From Lama guanicoe (taxonomy: Eukaryota): a stretch of DNA of 64,000 nucleotides. Below the pieces are notes generated by a model. That model did not search any database, was not told where the DNA came from, and worked only from the letters and a program-made list of their open reading frames with translations. A program made the translations under genes and the position numbers. The stretch lies in assembly GCA_013239625.1 (NCBI GenBank), contig MU053482.1:1587168-1651167 (forward strand), given 5' to 3'. The first letter of the stretch is position 1. Every line of letters begins with the position of its first letter. Below, in pieces: positions 58,231 through 64,000 of the stretch.

Positions 58231-61200
58231 TTATTCCCCATCCCCCTTCTTTTCCAAACTCCTACGAGAGGGGGGTGGTTTCTGTATCACCCTGTCTTCT
58301 AGGGAAAGGAAAGTGTCTGACCTGTGATCATTTTCTCCATAAGAACTAACTTGTCTCAGCTGGTTATCGTCACACCCGTCAACTTTGTTCATGTTTGCCA
58401 TCTCTCCATGACTGCTCTGGTCACCTGGCCCATGTACTCTGCATCCTCCTCACCCAAACATTTAAGCCCATTTGGGTCTACCAGCCCTCTTAGTCCTTTA
58501 ATTTCTCTTACAGGAAGCTCAGAACTTTCTCTGGCATTTTCTGGCCCCAGATTAAGGAAATGAAACTCTGTGAGGCCCCAGCCTTCAGGACCATTAGTCT
58601 TGAATTAGCCATTGTTGACGTTCCCACCTCTGGCAAAGGATGCTGGGAGCAGGAGCTGCACTTGGATTCCCACAGACTTCACTGGGGTTTCTGTTTTCCA
58701 AGCTTTCTGTGTTATTCCACATTGAATTACTTACATCACTATAAATATTTGTGACTCAGAAAGAATGTAATGTTTTTTCTAAAGTTATCTAGCTAATTCA
58801 CTCTTAATAGTCAAACTAACTGCCTATCTATTTTCAGACAACTTTTTGAAAATTCTCAATAATTGATTCATTAAGAGCACTCACAATTATCATAAGTATG
58901 GCAGCATAGAGTCATGCAATTATAAATATACATGACAGAATTGCACCCTATAAAGCACATGAGGTGATTTTTCTTCCAAGTTCTGCCTAGAATGTTTTGC
59001 CTGTATTTGAAAGCGAATATTCAGATATTAATATTAAATCCCTAAAAAAGAAAAAAATAATAAATCCAAACAACATGCCTTCCTTATACTCTGGATGTTG
59101 TAGGCAAGTTACAGGTGATGGAAGCCCACACCATCACGTGATTTTTGATCATTCACAAGTTCAGGGATGCCAGATGTGGCATTCAGTGACCTGGCTTCCA
59201 ACAAAGCTGAAGCCAAACTGGAGTTTATACATAGTTCTGTCACTGCTGTTTATAGTGAGAAGAATAAAACCAAAATCAAAAAGCAGAACTACAATAACAA
59301 AGCTTAGAGGCAGATATTTTCCCCAAATCTTCTCTTTTTAATACCAGAATCTTAACTCCTAACACTGAGCACACCTTTTCATTGCATAGTCAGCTCTTGC
59401 GATTGTTCTTAAAACTTCTACCCCAAAATTTAAGAGCATTTTTGTTGTTGCTGTTGTTGGTTTGTTTACTTGTTTTGCAGTTTAAAGGTTGAATGTGGAC
59501 ATCGGTGCCTATCTTTTCACAGCCAGCCCTGCCTGGCCCCTTGTTCAGGCTTCCAGAGAGCCCACAGCAGGCATCTCCCCAACTCAGTGAGAACCAGGGA
59601 TTACTTACCCTGGGAGATGAACAGGCCTCTTCCTGCCTCAGACAGCGGAGTCAGGGAGGTTAAGAAAAGTGGCCAGTTTGTGTGGACTTCTTTGCTCGCG
59701 AGCCCCACCCCTTTCTTCACTTACAGAAAGCCCTGAGGACTCAGAGGAGGGTTGAAGGGATGCTCTTGGGAAGAAGTTCCTGCCACTGTACCTGTTTGGG
59801 ATGGAGAGGAAGGGGGTGGAGGCTGTGACATGGTTGTTCAGCTGAGCCTGTGAAGGTGAAGCCAGCACTCTGTGAGCGTGAGAGTGCGGGTGACCCATGA
59901 TATCGGCAAGGTCATTCAAAGTGCCAGTCACCTGGAGATGAGGCCCATCTCTCTGAACAGTTATAGACATCTGCATCTCTTGACCTTGGGCTTGCAAGTG
60001 TCAGGATGACTAGGGAAGAAATTCCGCTGGGGAGTCTCCCTTTTGGAATCAGAACATAGGTGTGTACAGATGGCCAGAGGGACCCTGCATTGATGTGTTT
60101 CCTGTGATGGCTCTGCTTGCTTCCCTGTTGTTTTCCCTCTAAAATGAATAAAGTCGTTAAAGATCTAGCCTGTTCTCGATCTGAGAACTCAGGGACTGTG
60201 TCCCCCAGGGCCAGAGTGTTAAGGGGGAAGCACTGATCCTTAGGGTAGCAGTGGGAACAGAAACTGAAGGGGAAAGGTCACCGTCAGGGCACAGTGGAGG
60301 GCGCACTTGGTTCTTTCCCCCAGAGCTTTACTTTGGAGAGAATGGAGCTTGTTTTAGTATAGGGGGTGGTTCCCTTCACAGCCTTCCATCTCTGTTGCAT
60401 CAGAGGACTTTTCCTTCTGGGTTTATTCTCTGGGGATGTAGACTCCCAGGTCCCTGTTCCTCATCTTGCCCTGGTGGACCCTGGGTCCTAAGTCCTTGTT
60501 TTGGGTTTCTCCACTGCTTTTTTGCTCTCCCAGAAATGTGCTGGGTGGTTTGGCCTTGCGTGGCTGAGGGATTCCACCTTGCTGGATTCCAGGACCACTT
60601 GTCCTAGCATTTCTTCACAAGTAGCCCAAACCCTCCAGCCTTTGAAGGATACATTTCCTTTCAAATGCAAAGAGACTGTCTCCAATCTGTCTCCTTTTAT
60701 TTGGGGAAGTCTAGTATGCCTTCCCCAACATGCACAAGGATTTCCAGAAAGGAGTGTGTTCTCCTGGTCTCCTTTGTCTTTGCATTCCTGCTCCTCACTT
60801 AATTCTCACTTTCCAACTAGCTGCTCAGCTTGCTAGCCTCCTACTCCGCGTTGTCCCACATGTGGACAGTGTCCTGCCTTCTGTGTGTCCAAGCATCATT
60901 TCAACAAGGTGACGGTGCATACATAGCAGACACCTACTGAAGGCTTGGGGATAATAGCGCAGCACATGGAGCAGGAACCATCTTAAAACAGCACATTCGA
61001 TATCTTTGTTCTTCGAGTTCCTTGGCCACCCCTAATCAGGAATTTCTCACCAGCTACTTTTCCTCTTAGACTCTAGCCTTCTGCCATTCACCCTCTCTTC
61101 CTACCCAAGCCTTTCTCCTGCATCCTCTCTCTCCCAGCTCCAGACTTATTCCTTCCACCCATCGTGTAACCACCGTCCGACAGCACCTACATTTCTAATC

Positions 61201-61334
61201 TTTTCCTAATGTCTGGGATGTAGCTTCCCTAAAACAAGCAGCCTTGTTGCGGCTCTTCTGTGCAGACTCACTGAGGCCCTTCCCCTCATAACCCAAAGGC
61301 CCAGTAATCCGCTTTCAAGGAAAAAGTGCTAGTT

Positions 61335-61840
61335 CCTCTGAGATGAATTCTGCCTGCCTGGTTATCTGGGGTGTAAAACAACCACCGTTTCATAATACTC
61401 ACAAGTTCTCGGTCAGGGGAGGGTGCAGCAAGGATGATGTGTCTCCCATGATGTCTGGGGCCTCAGCTGGGAAGCTTCAAGCAGCTGGGGCTGTCCTGAA
61501 GGGCTAGGGGATGTACTCTTCTGAAGGCCTCTTTGCTCATGTGTCTGGTGCCTAGCTGTGGTAACTCGAGGCTGGGTCAGCTGACACTCAACTGAAGCAT
61601 CTACATATGATTTTTGCTTGTAGCTTAGGCTTCCTGACAGCATGGTGGCCACATGGAAGTCAGACTTCTACATGGTGGCTCAGGGCTCCAGTGAACAAGG
61701 GAACACTTGAAAGGCCTTTTATTACCTAAATTCAGAAGTCACATGCATCCAGAATCAAGGTAAGATAACATAGATTTTACTGCTCAGTGAGAGAACTCTC
61801 AAAGATTTTGTGACCATGCTTTAAGATTGTTGCACAACTT
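61335..61840 (-). mobile_element. MLT1-family LTR (old subfamily)
   Basis: TAAAACAACCACCG..CTCACAAGTTCT..GGGCCTCAGCTGGGAAG..GGCTTCCTGACAGCATGGTGGC..CAGAAGTCACATGCATC. Confidence 0.6.
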
Positions 61841-63149
61841 CCTCCCACAGAATGCTGACACATAGCTCCTGGCATTGGTAAGATTCAAGGGTCCTTTCTC
61901 TAGACCTTTGTTAGGCTCTTCCATCTGCCTAGCCTAGGGTTCCTCCAAAATGTCTGGGATGTAGCTTCCCTAAAACTTCCAGCCCTGGTTCAGGACACTT
62001 GTCTTTGGGCTGCTTATCTGTTCTTATTTGGGTCTCAGGATTTGGAGGTGGAGGTCTGGGGGTCCAGTACACCTGCTATTGGCTCTTATAGCTAGAGAAC
62101 TCTTATCTTGTGCCAACAGCCTGGTTCCTTGGGGAGGTAGAATCTATGTTTATTATTACCACCTCCAGGGTCTTCCTCAAAGCAGACTGCCAGGGCCTGG
62201 AAGCCAGTGCCCAATGTCAATCTCAGGAGGTCTCTGTGACTGCCGGCTCTGAGCAAGCCCGGGTTGGAGTGGACAGTGCTGCTGGAGAAGGACTTCTCTT
62301 ATTGTGGGAGTCCCTTCTGAGGTCCTGTTGCCCTTCCATCAGTGCTTTGGAGGAAAGACATCCTTGGAGGCTTGTCTTACAACGTTTGGGTCAGGAGCAG
62401 TGGCTTCTGGTTCTTCAGTGTCTATGAGAGGCCAGATAAGCTTCACATGTTCTCCAGATAGGGCTCACCCATCACGCCTACCCAGACAATGAAATAAGGC
62501 TTCACAGAGTCACAAGTTGATTCTGGAGTCCCAATCCACCACTCATGAGGTCGTCATGAGAATGCTGAGCATCTCACCATTAAGATGTGGTTCAGAAGCA
62601 GTAGTTCTGTTTGGGAGGCAGTCCATGCCTGTCAATCTGTAAATCCCAAAGGGAGTAACAGTGTCTGCTTGTTATATACAGCATTCTGCTGAGCACCTGG
62701 TCCTTGGTAAATACTGGTTAATGATGCTTTGGGGCAGCTCTGAGGGCCAGTTGGGAAACTTCAGTGGTTAGAGATGATTGTATTGCACTGGGTGGCAAAT
62801 TTCAAAGTTATAGGGGGGACCAGCAAATTATATAAGTGAGAGAAGCCTGCTGGCTGGGGCCTGAGACAGACAGAACACATGCTCCCTGTAAGGAGAGCAT
62901 CCACTTCTCTGCTCTGTGCCTGCCATGCTGAAAGCAGACCCAAAGTTGCCAGATTTTCTTAGTTTTTAAGGCAGAACACAAAGCCCAGACTATTAAATCT
63001 CCCTATTTTTGTGTTGTCGGCTTAGTTAATTAAAAAGAAAAAAAAACTGTGCCAGACAAATAAAAACACATTTGTGAGCTGTACGCAACAGGTGTGCTGC
63101 CAGTTGCAAGCCCTGTGACCCACAGGGTTAACAGGCAAGTCTAGTCTCA

Positions 63150-64000
63150 CGGGAGTTGACCCTGATCTTGGATTAGTGGAGCTCAGACCCTATCGCCCTG
63201 CACCCCACCTCCAGAGAACCTTGGCACTTCCACCGGGACCCTGGCTGCGTGTTAGCGCAGCCTCCCCACCCCAGCGGCACTGAAAGGTCCTTCTTAGGCT
63301 TCGACGACCTCTGCAAGAAGATTATACGTGTAAATCCCAGGCGCAGAACCCAGGATGGGGGAAGGGAAGGGAAAGAGGGGCGGAGCAGACTGAAGACTCA
63401 CTACTTCAGTTCTCCCTACCGTAGCCCGCCCCACCCAGCAGGCCCTTCTCCAAGGCTCTCTTCCCTGGGCCACCCTCAGACAGTTGTAGATGAAGTTGAG
63501 CCAACACAGCTGGATTTTTTGCCAAAGGTTTTTTAGTAGTAAAAGGGAAAGCACAAAAGGAAATAAACAGAGAAGGCATGGAAGCGGGCGTTTTTACAGA
63601 GCTTGGTCCTTGAAACCCAAGGGGGCCATAATATGCGAAGGGAATCTGGTGGGGGAAGAGGGAGGGAAAAGTGGATTTTCACTCGGGTAAGGAGGCGGCT
63701 GAGTCTCGACAGTTTTAGGAGAGGGGGCACTTCATTGGTTAAAGGATTTCCCTGCTGGGGGGAAGGTGGCGGGTAGATGGCGGGAATCTTCGAAACTCGA
63801 GGATGGATAGGTATTCCCATTCCTGAGAAGGGGGGCGCTTGACCGTGGCAGGTTGGAGGGGGTGACTGGATGAAGATCTCTCGCAGGAAAGGAGCGCGGT
63901 GTCTCTGTCCAGCGGGTCTGAGTTCTAGGCGCTTATCCCAGACTCCTACGCGAGCAGAAGGGAAAGCCCCTAAGTAGTCCCTGTCCCGGGAAGATTTGAA
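63150..64000. promoter_or_regulatory. Edge of a GC/CpG-enriched region, possibly the flank of the next promoter (TUB side by synteny)
   Basis: CpG frequency rises visibly; GC box GGGGCGG at ~63377; reverse CCAAT (ATTGG) at ~63734; no exon recognised, so the TUB link is inference only. Confidence 0.45.

Overview
Mammalian genomic DNA, most likely camelid (at least seven copies of a tRNA-derived SINE with head GGGGAGGGTATAGCTCAGTGGTAGAG resemble camelid Vic-type SINEs; this is an inference). It is syntenic with the human 11p15.4 block OR10A6-OR10A3-(NLRP10)-EIF3F-(TUB). Three intact protein-coding genes are present: two single-coding-exon olfactory receptors on the minus strand (OR10A6-like 12868-13821, OR10A3-like 21586-22539) and the 8-exon EIF3F gene on the plus strand (CDS 35002-41863, 373 aa, all introns GT-AG). 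There is also an HMGN1 processed pseudogene and many LTR, LINE, SINE and DNA-transposon relics. I found no evidence for a wholly new multi-gene system. The most notable observations are: a decayed sushi/Ty3-Gypsy gag fossil containing a perfect CTCF core; mosaic gene conversion between the two OR genes that spares paralogue-specific patches; no recognisable NLRP10 at its syntenic position; a decayed copy of EIF3F exon6-intron6-exon7 with both splice sites broken; divergent CTCF sites bracketing EIF3F; and a SINE/L1-tail chimera with a local duplication. Repeat family names and human orthologue comparisons come from recalled sequences and need database confirmation.
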